In this document: positions 38,901 to 53,066 of the stretch, in pieces
Layout of the letters: each line of letters starts with the position of its first letter
Numbering within the stretch: position 1 is the stretch's first letter
NCBI GenBank assembly: GCA_964057225.1
Contig: OZ059900.1
Location: 8,060,001-8,124,000 of the forward strand
Direction: 5' to 3'
Source of the DNA: Auanema rhodensis
Lineage: Eukaryota > Animalia > Nematoda
DNA: 64,000 bases
Notes under the pieces: model-generated
The model's database searches: none
What the model saw: only the letters and a program-made list of their open reading frames with translations
What the model was told of the DNA's origin: nothing
Translations under genes and position numbers: made by a program

Positions 38901-41900
38901 TCATAAACTTTGACTATTTTTACATATATATGTCCAATTTTAACCACTTTGGTCAAAAAGGACCGAAAATATCAAGAATTATTGGTTTTTTGGGGTTTGA
39001 AGGGCATTTTGGCGAAATCAGTCAAACTTTTGATCTTAAGCATATTTTTTTCTTCTAAAACGACTAAATGTATGAAATACTGTCATAGAATGTTCATATA
39101 GGTGTATTTTGCACGAATATCAAAACTGATTGAAATATGGGCCTTTTTATGCTCAAAACGCCATATATTCAACGATTTTGGGTACAAAACATGTGAAAAC
39201 TGTATGTTTTGATCAGACCCTTTGAGATATGGATTTGGAATTCAGGATTCATAAACTTTGACTATTTTTACATATATATGTTCAATTTTAACCACTTTGG
39301 TCAAAAAAGACCGAAAATATCAAGAATTATTGGTTTTTTGGGGTTTGAAGGGCATTTTGGCAAAATCAGTCAAACTTTTGATCTTAAGCATTTTTTTTCT
39401 TCTAAAACGACTAAATGTATGAAATACTGTCAGAGATTGTTCATATAGGTGTATTTTGCACGAATATCAAAACTGATTGAAATATGGGCCTTTTTATGCT
39501 CCAAACGCCATATATTCAACGATTTTGAGTACAAAACATGTGAAAACTGTATGTTTTGATCAGACCCTTTGAGATATGGATTTGAAATTCAGGATTCATA
39601 AACTTTGACTATTATTACATATATATGTCCAATTTTAACCACTTTGGTCAAAAAGGACCGAAAATATCAAGAATTATTGGTTTTTTGGGGTTTGAAGGGC
39701 ATTTTGGCTAAATCAGTCAAACTTTTGATCTTAAGCATATTTTTTTCTTCTAAAACGACTAAATGTATGAAATACTGTCATAGTATGTTCATATAGGTGT
39801 ATTTTGCACGAATATCAAAACTGATTGAAATATGGGCCTTTTTATGCTCAAAACGCCATATATTCAACGATTTTGGGTACAAAACATGTGAAAACTGTAT
39901 GTTTTGATCAGACCCTTTGAGATATGGATTTGAAATTCAGGATTCATAAACTTTGACTATTTTTACATATATTTGTCCAATTTTAACCACTTTGGTCAAA
40001 AAGGACCGAAAATATCAAGAATTATTGGTTTTTTGGGGTTTGAAGGGCATTTTGGCTGAATCAGTCAAACTTTTGATCTTAAGCATATTTTTTTCTTCTA
40101 AAACGACTAAATGTATGAAATACTGTCATAGAATGTTCATATAGGTGTATTTTGCACGAATATCAAAACTGATTGAAATATGGGCCTTTTTATGCTCAAA
40201 ACGCCATATATTCAACGATTTTGGGTACAAAACATGTGAAAACTGTATGTTTTGATCAGACCCTTTGAGATATGGATTTGAAATTCAGGATTCATAAACT
40301 TTGACTATTTTTACATATATATGTTCAATTGTAACCACTTTGGTCAAAAAGGACCGAAAATATCAAGAATTATTGGTTTTTTGGGGTTTGAAGGGCATTT
40401 TGGCTAAATCAGTCAAACTTTTGATCTTAAGCATATTTTTTTCTTCTAAAACGACTAAATGTATGAAATACTGTCATAGAATGTTCATATAGGTGTATTT
40501 TGCACGAATATCAAAACTGATTGAAATATGGGCCTTTTTATGCTCAAAACGCCATATATTCAACGATTTTGGGTACAAAACATGTGAAAACTGTATGTTT
40601 TGATCAGACCCTTTGAGATATGGATTTGAAATTCAGGATTCATAAACTTTGACTATTTTTACATATATATGTTCAATTTTAACCACTATGGTCAAAAAGG
40701 ACCGAAAATATCAAGAATTATTGGTTTTTTGGGGTTTGAAGGGCATTTTGGCAAAATCAGTCAAACTTTTGATCTTAAGCATATTTTTTTCTTCTAAAAC
40801 GACTAAATGTATGAAATACTGTCATAGAATGTTGATATAGGTGTATTTTGCACGAATATCAAAACTGATTGAAATATGGGCCTTTTTATGCTCAAAACGC
40901 CATATATTCAACGATTTTGGGTACAAAACATGTGAAAACTGTATGTTTTGATCAGACCCTTGAAGATATGGATTTGGAATTCAGGATTCATAAACTTTGA
41001 CTATTTTTACATATATATGTTCAATTTTAACCACTTTGGTCAAAAAGGACCGAAAATATCAAGAATTATTGGTTTTTTGGGGTTTGAAGGGCATTTTGGC
41101 AAAATCAGTCAAACTTTTGATCTTAAGCATTTTTTTTCTTCTAAAACGACTAAATGTATGAAATACTGTCATAGATTGTTCATATAGGTGTATTTTGCAC
41201 GAATATCAAAACTGATTGAAATATGGGCCTTTTTATGCTCCAAACGCCATATATTCAACGATTTTGAGTACAAAACATGTGAAAACTGTATGTTTTGATC
41301 AGACCCTTTGAGATATGGAATTGAAATTCAGGATTCATAAACTTTGACTATTATTACATATATATGTCCAATTTTAACCACTTTGGTCAAAAAGGACCGA
41401 AAATATCAAGAATTATTGGTTTTTTGGGGTTTGAAGGGCATTTTGGCTAAATCAGTCAAACTTTTGATCTTAAGCATATTTTTTTCTTCTAAAACGACTA
41501 AATGAATGAAATACTGTCATAGAATGTTCATATAGGTGTATTTTGCACGAATATCAAAACTGATTGAAATATGGGCCTTTTTATGCTCAAAACGCCATAT
41601 ATTCAACGATTTTGGGTACAAAACATGTGAAAACTGTATGTTTTGATCAGACCCTTTGAGATATGGATTTGAAATTCAGGACTCATAAACTTTGACTATT
41701 TTTACATATATATGTCCAATTTCAACCACTTTGGTCAAGAAGGACCGAAAATATCAAGAATTATTGGTTTTTTGGGGTTTGAAGGGCATTTTGGCTGAAT
41801 CAGTCAAACTTTTGATCTTAAGCATATTTTTTTCTTCTAAAACGACTAAATGTATGAAATACTGTCATAGAATGTTGATATAGGTGTATTTTGCACGAAT

Positions 41901-43325
41901 ATCAAAACTGATTGAAATATGGGCCTTTTTATGCTCAAAACGCCATATATTCAACGATTTTGGGTTCAAGACATGTGAAAACTGTATGTTTTGATCAGAC
42001 CCTTTGAGATATGGATTTGAAATTCAGGATCCATAAACTTTGACTATTTTTACATATATATGTTCAATTTTAACCACTATGGTCAAAAAGGACCGAAAAT
42101 ATCAAGAATTATTGGTTTTTTGGGGTTTGAAGGGCATTTTGGCAAAATCAGTCAAACTTTTGATCTTAAGCATATTTTTTTCTTCTAAAACGACTAAATG
42201 TATGAAATACTGTCATAGAATGTTCATATAGGTGTATTTTGCACGAATATCAAAACTGATTGAAATATGGGCCTTTTTATGCTCAAAACGCCATATATTC
42301 AACGATTTTGGGTTCAAAACATGAGAAAACTGTATGTTTTGATCAGACCCTTTGAGATATGGATTTGAAATTCAGGATCCATAAACTTTGACTATTTTTA
42401 CATATATATGTTCAATTTTAACCACTATGGTCAAAAAGGACCGAAAATATCAAGAATTATTGGTTTTTTGGGGTTTGAAGGGCATTTTGGCAAAATCAGT
42501 CAAACTTTTGATCTTAAGCATATTTTTTTCTTCTAAAACGACTAAATGTATGAAATACTGTCATAGAATGTTCATATAGGTGTATTTTGCACGAATATCA
42601 AAACTGATTGAAATATGGGCCTTTTTATGCTCAAAACGCCATATATTCAACGATTTTGGGTACAAAACATGTGAAAACTGTATGTTTTGATCAGACCCTT
42701 TGAGATATGGATTTGGAATTGAGGATTCATAAACTTTGACTATTTTTACATATATATGTTCAATTTTAACCACTTTGGTCAAAAAGGACCGAAAATATCA
42801 AGAATTATTGGTTTTTTGGGGTTTGAGGGCATTTTGGCAAAATCAGTCAAACTTTTGATCTTAAGCATTTTTTTTTCTTCTAAAACGACTAAATGTATGA
42901 AATACTGTCATAGATTGTTCATATAGGTGTATTTTGCACGAATATCAAAACTGATTGAAATATGGGCCTTTTTATGCTCCAAACGCCATATATTCAACGA
43001 TTTTGAGTACAAAACATGTGAAAACTGTATGTTTTGATCAGACCCTTTGAGATATGGATTTGAAATTCAGGATTCATAAACTTTGACTATTATTACATAT
43101 ATATGTTCAATTGTAACCACTTTGGTCAAAAAGGACCGAAAATATCAAGAATTATTGGTTTTTTGGGGTTTGAAGGGCATTTTGGCTAAATCAGTCAAAC
43201 TTTTGATCTTAAGCATATTTTTTTCTTCTAAAACGACTAAATGTATGAAATACTGTCATAGAATGTTGATATAGGTGTATTTTGCACGAATATCAAAACT
43301 GATTGAAATATGGGCCTTTTTATGC

Positions 43326-46300
43326 TCAAAACGCCATATATTCAACGATTTTGGGTACAAAACATGTGAAAACTGTATGTTTTGATCAGACCCTTTGAGA
43401 TATGGATTTGGAATTCAGGATTCATAAACTTTGACTATTTTTACATATATATGTTCAATTTTAACCACTTTGGTCAAAAAGGACCGAAAATATCAAGAAT
43501 TATTGGTTTTTTGGGGTTTGAAGGGCATTTTGGCTAAATCAGTCAAACTTTTGATCTTAAGCATATTTTTTTCTTCTAAAACGACTAAATGTATGAAATA
43601 CTGTCATAGAATGTTCATATAGGTGTATTTTGCACGAATATCAAAACTGATTGAAATATGGGCCTTTTTATGTTCAAAACGCCATATATTCAACGATTTT
43701 GGGTACAAAACATGTGAAAACTGTATGTTTTGATCAGACCCTTTGAGATATGGATTTGAAATTCAGGATTCATAAACTTCGACTATTTTTACATATATAA
43801 GTCCAATTTTAACCACTTTGGTCAAAAAGGACCGAAAATATCAAGAATTATTGGTTTTTTGGGGATTGAAGGGCATTTTGGCAAAATCAGTCAAACTTTT
43901 GATCTTAAGCATATTTTTTTCTTCTAAAACGACTAAATGTATGAAATACTGTCAAAGAATGTTCATATAGGTGTATTTTGCACGAATATCAAAACTGATT
44001 GAAATATGGGCCTTTTTATGCTTAAAACGCCATATATTCAACGATTTTGGGTACAAAACATGTGAAAACTGTTTGTTTTGATCAGACCCTTTGAGATATG
44101 GATTTGAAATTCAGGATTCATAAACTTTGACTATTTTTACATATATATGTCCAATTTTAACCACTTTGGTCAAAAAGGACCGAAAATATCAAGAATTATT
44201 GGTTTTTTGGGGATTGAAGGGCATTTTGGCAAAATCAGTCAAACTTTTGATCTTAAGCATATTTTTTTCTTCTAAAACGACTAAATGTATGAAATACTGT
44301 CATAGAATGTTCATATAGGTGTATTTTGCACGAATATCAAAACTGATGGAAATATGGGCCTTTTTATGCTCAAAACGCCATATATTCAACGATTTTGGGT
44401 ACAAAACATGTGAAAACTGTATGTTTTGATCAGACCCTTTGAGATATGGATTTGAAATTCAGGACTCATAAACTTTGACTATTTTTACATATATATGTCC
44501 AATTTCAACCACTTTGGTCAAAAAGGACCGAAAATATCAAGAATTATTGGTTTTTTGGGGTTTGAAGGGCATTTTGGCTGAATCAGTCAAACTTTTGATC
44601 TTAAGCATATTTTTTTCTTCTAAAACGACTAAATGTATGAAATACTGTCATAGAATGTTCATATAGGTGTATTTTGCACGAATATCAAAACTGATTGAAA
44701 TATGGGCCTTTTTATGCTCAAAACGCCATATATTCAACGATTTTGGGTACAAAACATGTGAAAACTGTATGTTTTGATCAGACCCTTTGAGATATGGATT
44801 TGAAATTCAGGATTCATAAACTTTGACTATTTTTACATATATATGTTCAATTGTAACCACTTTGGTCAAAAAGGACCGAAAATATCAAGAATTATTGGTT
44901 TTTTGGGGTTTGAAGGGCATTTTGGCTAAATCAGTCAAACTTTTGATCTTAAGCATATTTTTTTCTTCTAAAACGACTAAATGTATGAAATACTGTCATA
45001 GAATGTTGATATAGGTGTATTTTGCACGAATATCAAAACTGATTGAAATATGGGCCTTTTTATGCTCAAAACGCCATATATTCAACGATTTTGGGTACAA
45101 AACATGTGAAAACTGTATGTTTTGATCAGACCCTTTGAGATATGGATTTGGAATTCAGGATTCATAAACTTTGACTATTTTTACATATATATGTTCAATT
45201 TTAACCACTCTGGTCAAAAAGGACCGAAAATATCAAGAATTATTGGTTTTTTGGGGTTTGAAGGGCATTTTGGCAAAATCAGTCAAACTTTTGATCTTAA
45301 GCATTTTTTTTCTTCTAAAACGACTAAATCTATGAAATACTGTCATAGATTGTTCATATAGGTGTATTTTGCACGAATATCAAAACTGATTGAAATATGG
45401 GCCTTTTTATGCTCCAAACGCCATATATTCAACGATTTTGAGTACAAAACATGTGAAAACTGTATGTTTTGATCAGACCCTTTGAGATATGGATTTGAAA
45501 TTCAGGATTCATAAACTTTGACTATTATTACATATATATGTCCAATTTTAACCACTTTGGTCAAAAAGGACCGAAAATATCAAGAATTATTGGTTTTTTG
45601 GGGTTTGAAGGGCATTTTGGCTAAATCAGTCAAACTTTTGATCTTAAGCATATTTTTTTCTTCTAAAACGACTAAATGTATGAAATACTGTCATAGAATG
45701 TTCATATAGGTGTATTTTGCACGAATATCAAAACTGATTGAAATATGGGCCTTTTTATGTTCAAAACGCCATATATTCAACGATTTTGGGTACAAAACAT
45801 GTGAAAACTGTATGTTTTGATCAGACCCTTTGAGATATGGATTTGGAATTCAGGATTCATAAACTTTGACTATTTTTACATATATATGTTCAATTGTAAC
45901 CACTTTGGTCAAAAAGGACCGAAAATATCAAGAATTATTGGTTTTTTGGGGTTTGAAGGGCATTTTGGCTAAATCAGTCAAACTTTTGATCTTAAGCATA
46001 TTTTTTTCTTCTAAAACGACTAAATGTATGAAATACTGTCATAGAATGTTCATATAGGTGTATTTTGCACGAATATCAAAACTGATTGAAATATGGGCCT
46101 TTTTATGTTCAAAACGCCATATATTCAACGATTTTGGGTACAAAACATGTGAAAACTGTATGTTTTGATCAGACCCTTTGAGATATGGATTTGAAATTCA
46201 GGATTCATAAACTTCGACTATTTTTACATATATAAGTCCAATTTTAACCACTTTGGTCAAAAAGGACCGAAAATATCAAGAATTATTGGTTTTTTGGGGA

Positions 46301-48280
46301 TTGAAGGGCATTTTGGCAAAATCAGTCAAACTTTTGATCTTAAGCATATTTTTTTCTTCTAAAACGACTAAATGTATGAAATACTGTCAAAGAATGTTCA
46401 TATAGGTGTATTTTGCACGAATATCAAAACTGATTGAAATATGGGCCTTTTTATGCTTAAAACGCCATATATTCAACGATTTTGGGTACAAAACATGTGA
46501 AAACTGTTTGTTTTGATCAGACCCTTTGAGATATGGATTTGAAATTCAGGATTCATAAACTTTGACTATTTTTACATATATATGTCCAATTTTAACCACT
46601 TTGGTCAAAAAGCACCGAAAATATCAAGAATTATTGGTTTTTTGGGGATTGAAGGGCATTTTGGCAAAATCAGTCAAACTTTTGATCTTAAGCATATTTT
46701 TTTCTTCTAAAACGACTAAATGTATGAAATACTGTCATAGAATGTTCATATAGGTGTATTTTGCACGAATATCAAAACTGATGGAAATATGGGCCTTTTT
46801 ATGCTCAAAACGCCATATATTCAACGATTTTGGGTACAAAACATGTGAAAACTGTATGTTTTGATCAGACCCTTTGAGATATGGATTTGAAATTCAGGAC
46901 TCATAAACTTTGACTATTTTTACATATATATGTCCAATTTCAACCACTTTGGTCAAAAAGGACCGAAAATATCAAGAATTATTGGTTTTTTGGGGTTTGA
47001 AGGGCATTTTGGCTGAATCAGTCAAACTTTTGATCTTAAGCATATTTTTTTCTTCTAAAACGACTAAATGTATGAAATACTGTCATAGAATGTTCATATA
47101 GGTGTATTTTGCACGAATATCAAAACTGATTGAAATATGGGCCTTTTTATGCTCAAAACGCCATATATTCAACGATTTTGGGTACAAAACATGTGAAAAC
47201 TGTATGTTTTGATCAGACCCTTTGAGATATGGATTTGAAATTCAGGATTCATAAACTTTGACTATTTTTACATATATATGTTCAATTGTAACCACTTTGG
47301 TCAAAAAGGACCGAAAATATCAAGAATTATTGGTTTTTTGGGGTTTGAAGGGCATTTTGGCTAAATCAGTCAAACTTTTGATCTTAAGCATATTTTTTTC
47401 TTCTAAAACGACTAAATGTATGAAATACTGTCATAGAATGTTGATATAGGTGTATTTTGCACGAATATCAAAACTGATTGAAATATGGGCCTTTTTATGC
47501 TCAAAACGCCATATATTCAACGATTTTGGGTACAAAACATGTGAAAACTGTATGTTTTGATCAGACCCTTTGAGATATGGATTTGGAATTCAGGATTCAT
47601 AAACTTTGACTATTTTTACATATATATGTTCAATTTTAACCACTCTGGTCAAAAAGGACCGAAAATATCAAGAATTATTGGTTTTTTGGGGTTTGAAGGG
47701 CATTTTGGCAAAATCAGTCAAACTTTTGATCTTAAGCATTTTTTTTCTTCTAAAACGACTAAATCTATGAAATACTGTCATAGATTGTTCATATAGGTGT
47801 ATTTTGCACGAATATCAAAACTGATTGAAATATGGGCCTTTTTATGCTCCAAACGCCATATATTCAACGATTTTGAGTACAAAACATGTGAAAACTGTAT
47901 GTTTTGATCAGACCCTTTGAGATATGGATTTGAAATTCAGGATTCATAAACTTTGACTATTATTACATATATATGTCCAATTTTAACCACTTTGGTCAAA
48001 AAGGACCGAAAATATCAAGAATTATTGGTTTTTTGGGGTTTGAAGGGCATTTTGGCTAAATCAGTCAAACTTTTGATCTTAAGCATATTTTTTTCTTCTA
48101 AAACGACTAAATGTATGAAATACTGTCATAGAATGTTCATATAGGTGTATTTTGCACGAATATCAAAACTGATTGAAATATGGGCCTTTTTATGTTCAAA
48201 ACGCCATATATTCAACGATTTTGGGTACAAAACATGTGAAAACTGTATGTTTTGATCAGACCCTTTGAGATATGGATTTG
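43326..48280 (+). repeat. Tandem duplication, unit 2435 bp (7 monomers, one of 347 bp), 2 copies
   Basis: ATAAGTCC at ~43800/46235; landmarks 44127/46562, 45122/47557 and 45518/47953 are all +2435. Confidence 0.88.
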
Positions 48281-51200
48281 AAATTCAGGATTCATAAACT
48301 TTGACTATTTTTACATATATATGTCCAATTTTAACCACTTTGGTCAAAAAGGACCGAAAATATCAAGAATTATTGGTTTTTTGGGGATTAAAGGGCATTT
48401 TGGCAAAATCAGTCAAACTTTTGATCTTAAGCATATTTTTTTCTTCTAAAACGACTAAATGTATGAAATACTGTCAAAGAATGTTCATATAGGTGTATTT
48501 TGCACGAATATCAAAACTGATTGAAATATGGGCCTTTTCATGCTCAAAACGCCATATATTCAACGATTTTGGGTACAAAACATGTGAAAACTGTATGTTT
48601 TGATCAGACCCTTTGAGATATGGATTTGAAATTCAGGATTCATAAACTTTGACTATTTTTACATATATATGTTCAATTGTAACCACTTTGGTCAAAAAGG
48701 ACCGAAAATATCAAGAATTATTGGTTTTTTGGGGTTTGAAGGGCATTTTGGCTAAATCAGTCAAACTTTTGATCTTAAGCATATTTTTTTCTTCTAAAAC
48801 GACTAAATGTATGAAATACTGTCATAGAATGTTGATATAGGTGTATTTTGCACGAATATCAAAACTGATTGAAATATGGGCCTTTTTATGCTCAAAACGC
48901 CATATATTCAACGATTTTGGGTACAAAACATGTGAAAACTGTATGTTTTGATCAGACCCTTTGAGATATGGATTTGAAATTCAGGATTCATAAACTTTGA
49001 CTATTTTTACATATATATGTTCAATTGTAACCACTTTGGTCAAAAAGGACCGAAAATATCAAGAATTATTGGTTTTTTGGGGTTTGAAGGGCATTTTGGC
49101 TAAATCAGTCAAACTTTTGATCTTAAGCATATTTTTTTCTTCTAAAACGACTAAATGTATGAAATACTGTCATAGAATGTTGATATAGGTGTATTTTGCA
49201 CGAATATCAAAACTGATTGAAATATGGGCCTTTTTATGCTCAAAACGCCATATATTCAACGATTTTGGGTACAAAACATGTGAAAACTGTATGTTTTGAT
49301 CAGACCCTTGAAGATATGGATTTGGAATTCAGGATTCATGAACTTTGACTATTTTTACATATATATGTTCAATTTTAACCACTTTGGTCAAAAAAGACCG
49401 AAAATATCAAGAATTATTGGTTTTTTGGGGTTTGAAGGGCATTTTGGCAAAATCAGTCAAACTTTTGATCTTAAGCATTTTTTTTCTTCTAAAACGACTA
49501 AATGTATGAAATACTGTCATAGATTGTTCATATAGGTGTATTTTGCACGAATATCAAAACTGATTGAAATATGGGCCTTTTTATGCTCCAAACGCCATAT
49601 ATTCAACGATTTTGAGTACAAAACATGTGAAAACTGTATGTTTTGATCAGACCCGTTGAGATATGGATTTGAAATTCAGGATTCATAAACTTTGACTATT
49701 ATTACATATATATGTCCAATTTTAACCACTTTGGTCAAAAAGGACCGAAAATATCAAGAATTATTGGTTTTTTGGGGTTTGAAGGGCATTTTGGCTAAAT
49801 CAGTCAAACTTTTGATCTTAAGCATATTTTTTTCTTCTAAAACGACTAAATGTATGAAATACTGTCATAGAATGTTCATATAGGTGTATTTTGCACGAAT
49901 ATCAAAACTGATTGAAATATGGGCCTTTTTATGCTCAAAACGCCATATATTCAACGATTTTGGGTACAAAACATGTGAAAACTGTATGTTTTGATCAGAC
50001 CCTTTGAGATATGGATTTGAAATTCAGGACTCATAAACTTTGACTATTTTTACATATATATGTCCAATTTCAACCACTTTGGTCAAAAAGGACCGAAAAT
50101 ATCAAGAATTATTGGTTTTTTGGGGTTTGAAGGGCATTTTGGCTGAATCAGTCAAACTTTTGATCTTAAGCATATTTTTTTCTTCTAAAACGACTAAATG
50201 TATGAAATACTGTCATAGAATGTTGATATAGGTGTATTTTGCACGAATATCAAAACTGATTGAAATATGGGCCTTTTTATGCTCAAAACGCCATATATTC
50301 AACGATTTTGGGTACAAAACATGTGAAAACTGTATGTTTTGATCAGACCCTTTGAGATATGGATTTGGAATTGAGGATTCATAAACTTTGACTATTTTTA
50401 CATATATATGTTCAATTTTAACCACTTTGGTCAAAAAGGACCGAAAATATCAAGAATTATTGGTTTTTTGGGGTTTGAAGGGCATTTTGGCGAAATCAGT
50501 CAAACTTTTGATCTTAAGCATATTTTTTTCTTCTAAAACGACTAAATGTATGAAATACTGTCATAGAATGTTCATATAGGTGTATTTTGCACGAATATCA
50601 AAACTGATTGAAATATGGGCCTTTTTATGCTCAAAACGCCATATATTCAACGATTTTGGGTACAAAACATGTGAAAACTGTATGTTTTGATCAGACCCTT
50701 TGAGATATGGATTTGGAATTCAGGATTCATAAACTTTGACTATTTTTACATATATATGTTCAATTTTAACCACTTTGGTCAAAAAAGACCGAAAATATCA
50801 AGAATTATTGGTTTTTTGGGGTTTGAAGGGCATTTTGGCAAAATCAGTCAAACTTTTGATCTTAAGCATTTTTTTTCTTCTAAAACGACTAAATGTATGA
50901 AATACTGTCAGAGATTGTTCATATAGGTGTATTTTGCACGAATATCAAAACTGATTGAAATATGGGCCTTTTTATGCTCCAAACGCCATATATTCAACGA
51001 TTTTGAGTACAAAACATGTGAAAACTGTATGTTTTGATCAGACCCTTTGAGATATGGATTTGAAATTCAGGATTCATAAACTTTGACTATTATTACATAT
51101 ATATGTCCAATTTTAACCACTTTGGTCAAAAAGGACCGAAAATATCAAGAATTATTGGTTTTTTGGGGTTTGAAGGGCATTTTGGCAAAATCAGTCAAAC

Positions 51201-53066
51201 TTTTGATCTTAAGCATTTTTTTTCTTCTAAAACGACTAAATGTATGAAATACTGTCAGAGATTGTTCATATAGGTGTATTTTGCACGAATATCAAAACTG
51301 ATTGAAATATGGGCCTTTTTATGCTCCAAACGCCATATATTCAACGATTTTGAGTACAAAACATGTGAAAACTGTATGTTTTGATCAGACCCTTTGAGAT
51401 ATGGATTTGAAATTCAGGATTCATAAACTTTGACTATTATTACATATATATGTCCAATTTTAACCACTTTGGTCAAAAAGGACCGAAAATATCAAGAATT
51501 ATTGGTTTTTTGGGGTTTGAAGGGCATTTTGGCTAAATCAGTCAAACTTTTGATCTTAAGCATATTTTTTTCTTCTAAAACGACTAAATGTATGAAATAC
51601 TGTCATAGTATGTTCATATAGGTGTATTTTGCACGAATATCAAAACTGATTGAAATATGGGCCTTTTTATGCTCAAAACGCCATATATTCAACGATTTTG
51701 GGTACAAAACATGTGAAAACTGTATGTTTTGATCAGACCCTTTGAGATATGGATTTGAAATTCAGGATTCATAAACTTTGACTATTTTTACATATATTTG
51801 TCCAATTTTAACCACTTTGGTCAAAAAGGACCGAAAATATCAAGAATTATTGGTTTTTTGGGGTTTGAAGGGCATTTTGGCTGAATCAGTCAAACTTTTG
51901 ATCTTAAGCATATTTTTTTCTTCTAAAACGACTAAATGTATGAAATACTGTCATAGAATGTTCATATAGGTGTATTTTGCACGAATATCAAAACTGATTG
52001 AAATATGGGCCTTTTTATGCTCAAAACGCCATATATTCAACGATTTTGGGTACAAAACATGTGAAAACTGTATGTTTTGATCAGAGCCTTTGAGATATGG
52101 ATTTGAAATTCAGGATTCATAAACTTTGACTATTTTTACATATATATGTTCAATTGTAACCACTTTGGTCAAAAAGGACCGAAAATATCAAGAATTATTG
52201 GTTTTTTGGGGTTTGAAGGGCATTTTGGCTAAATCAGTCAAACTTTTGATCTTAAGCATATTTTTTTCTTCTAAAACGACTAAATGTATGAAATACTGTC
52301 ATAGAATGTTGATATAGGTGTATTTTGCACGAATATCAAAACTGATTGAAATATGGGCCTTTTTATGCTCAAAACGCCATATATTCAACGATTTTGGGTA
52401 CAAAACATGTGAAAACTGTATGTTTTGATCAGACCCTTTGAGATATGGATTTGAAATTCAGGATTCATAAACTTTGACTATTTTTACATATATATGTTCA
52501 ATTGTAACCACTTTGGTCAAAAAGGACCGAAAATATCAAGAATTATTGGTTTTTTGGGGTTTGAAGGGCATTTTGGCTAAATCAGTCAAACTTTTGATCT
52601 TAAGCATATTTTTTTCTTCTAAAACGACTAAATGTATGAAATACTGTCATAGAATGTTGATATAGGTGTATTTTGCACGAATATCAAAACTGATTGAAAT
52701 ATGGGCCTTTTTATGCTCAAAACGCCATATATTCAACGATTTTGGGTACAAAACATGTGAAAACTGTATGTTTTGATCAGACCCTTGAAGATATGGATTT
52801 GGAATTCAGGATTCATAAACTTTGACTATTTTTACATATATATGTTCAATTTTAACCACTTTGGTCAAAAAGGACCGAAAATATCAAGAATTATTGGTTT
52901 TTTGGGGTTTGAAGGGCATTTTGGCAAAATCAGTCAAACTTTTGATCTTAAGCATTTTTTTTCTTCTAAAACGACTAAATGTATGAAATACTGTCATAGA
53001 TTGTTCATATAGGTGTATTTTGCACGAATATCAAAACTGATTGAAATATGGGCCTTTTTATGCTCC

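Noticed and set aside
42821-42830. 1-bp deletion GTTTGAGGGC
   Set aside because: It is a singleton, absent from the paralogous monomer at 56997; it may be a private mutation or a sequencing error and carries no further information.
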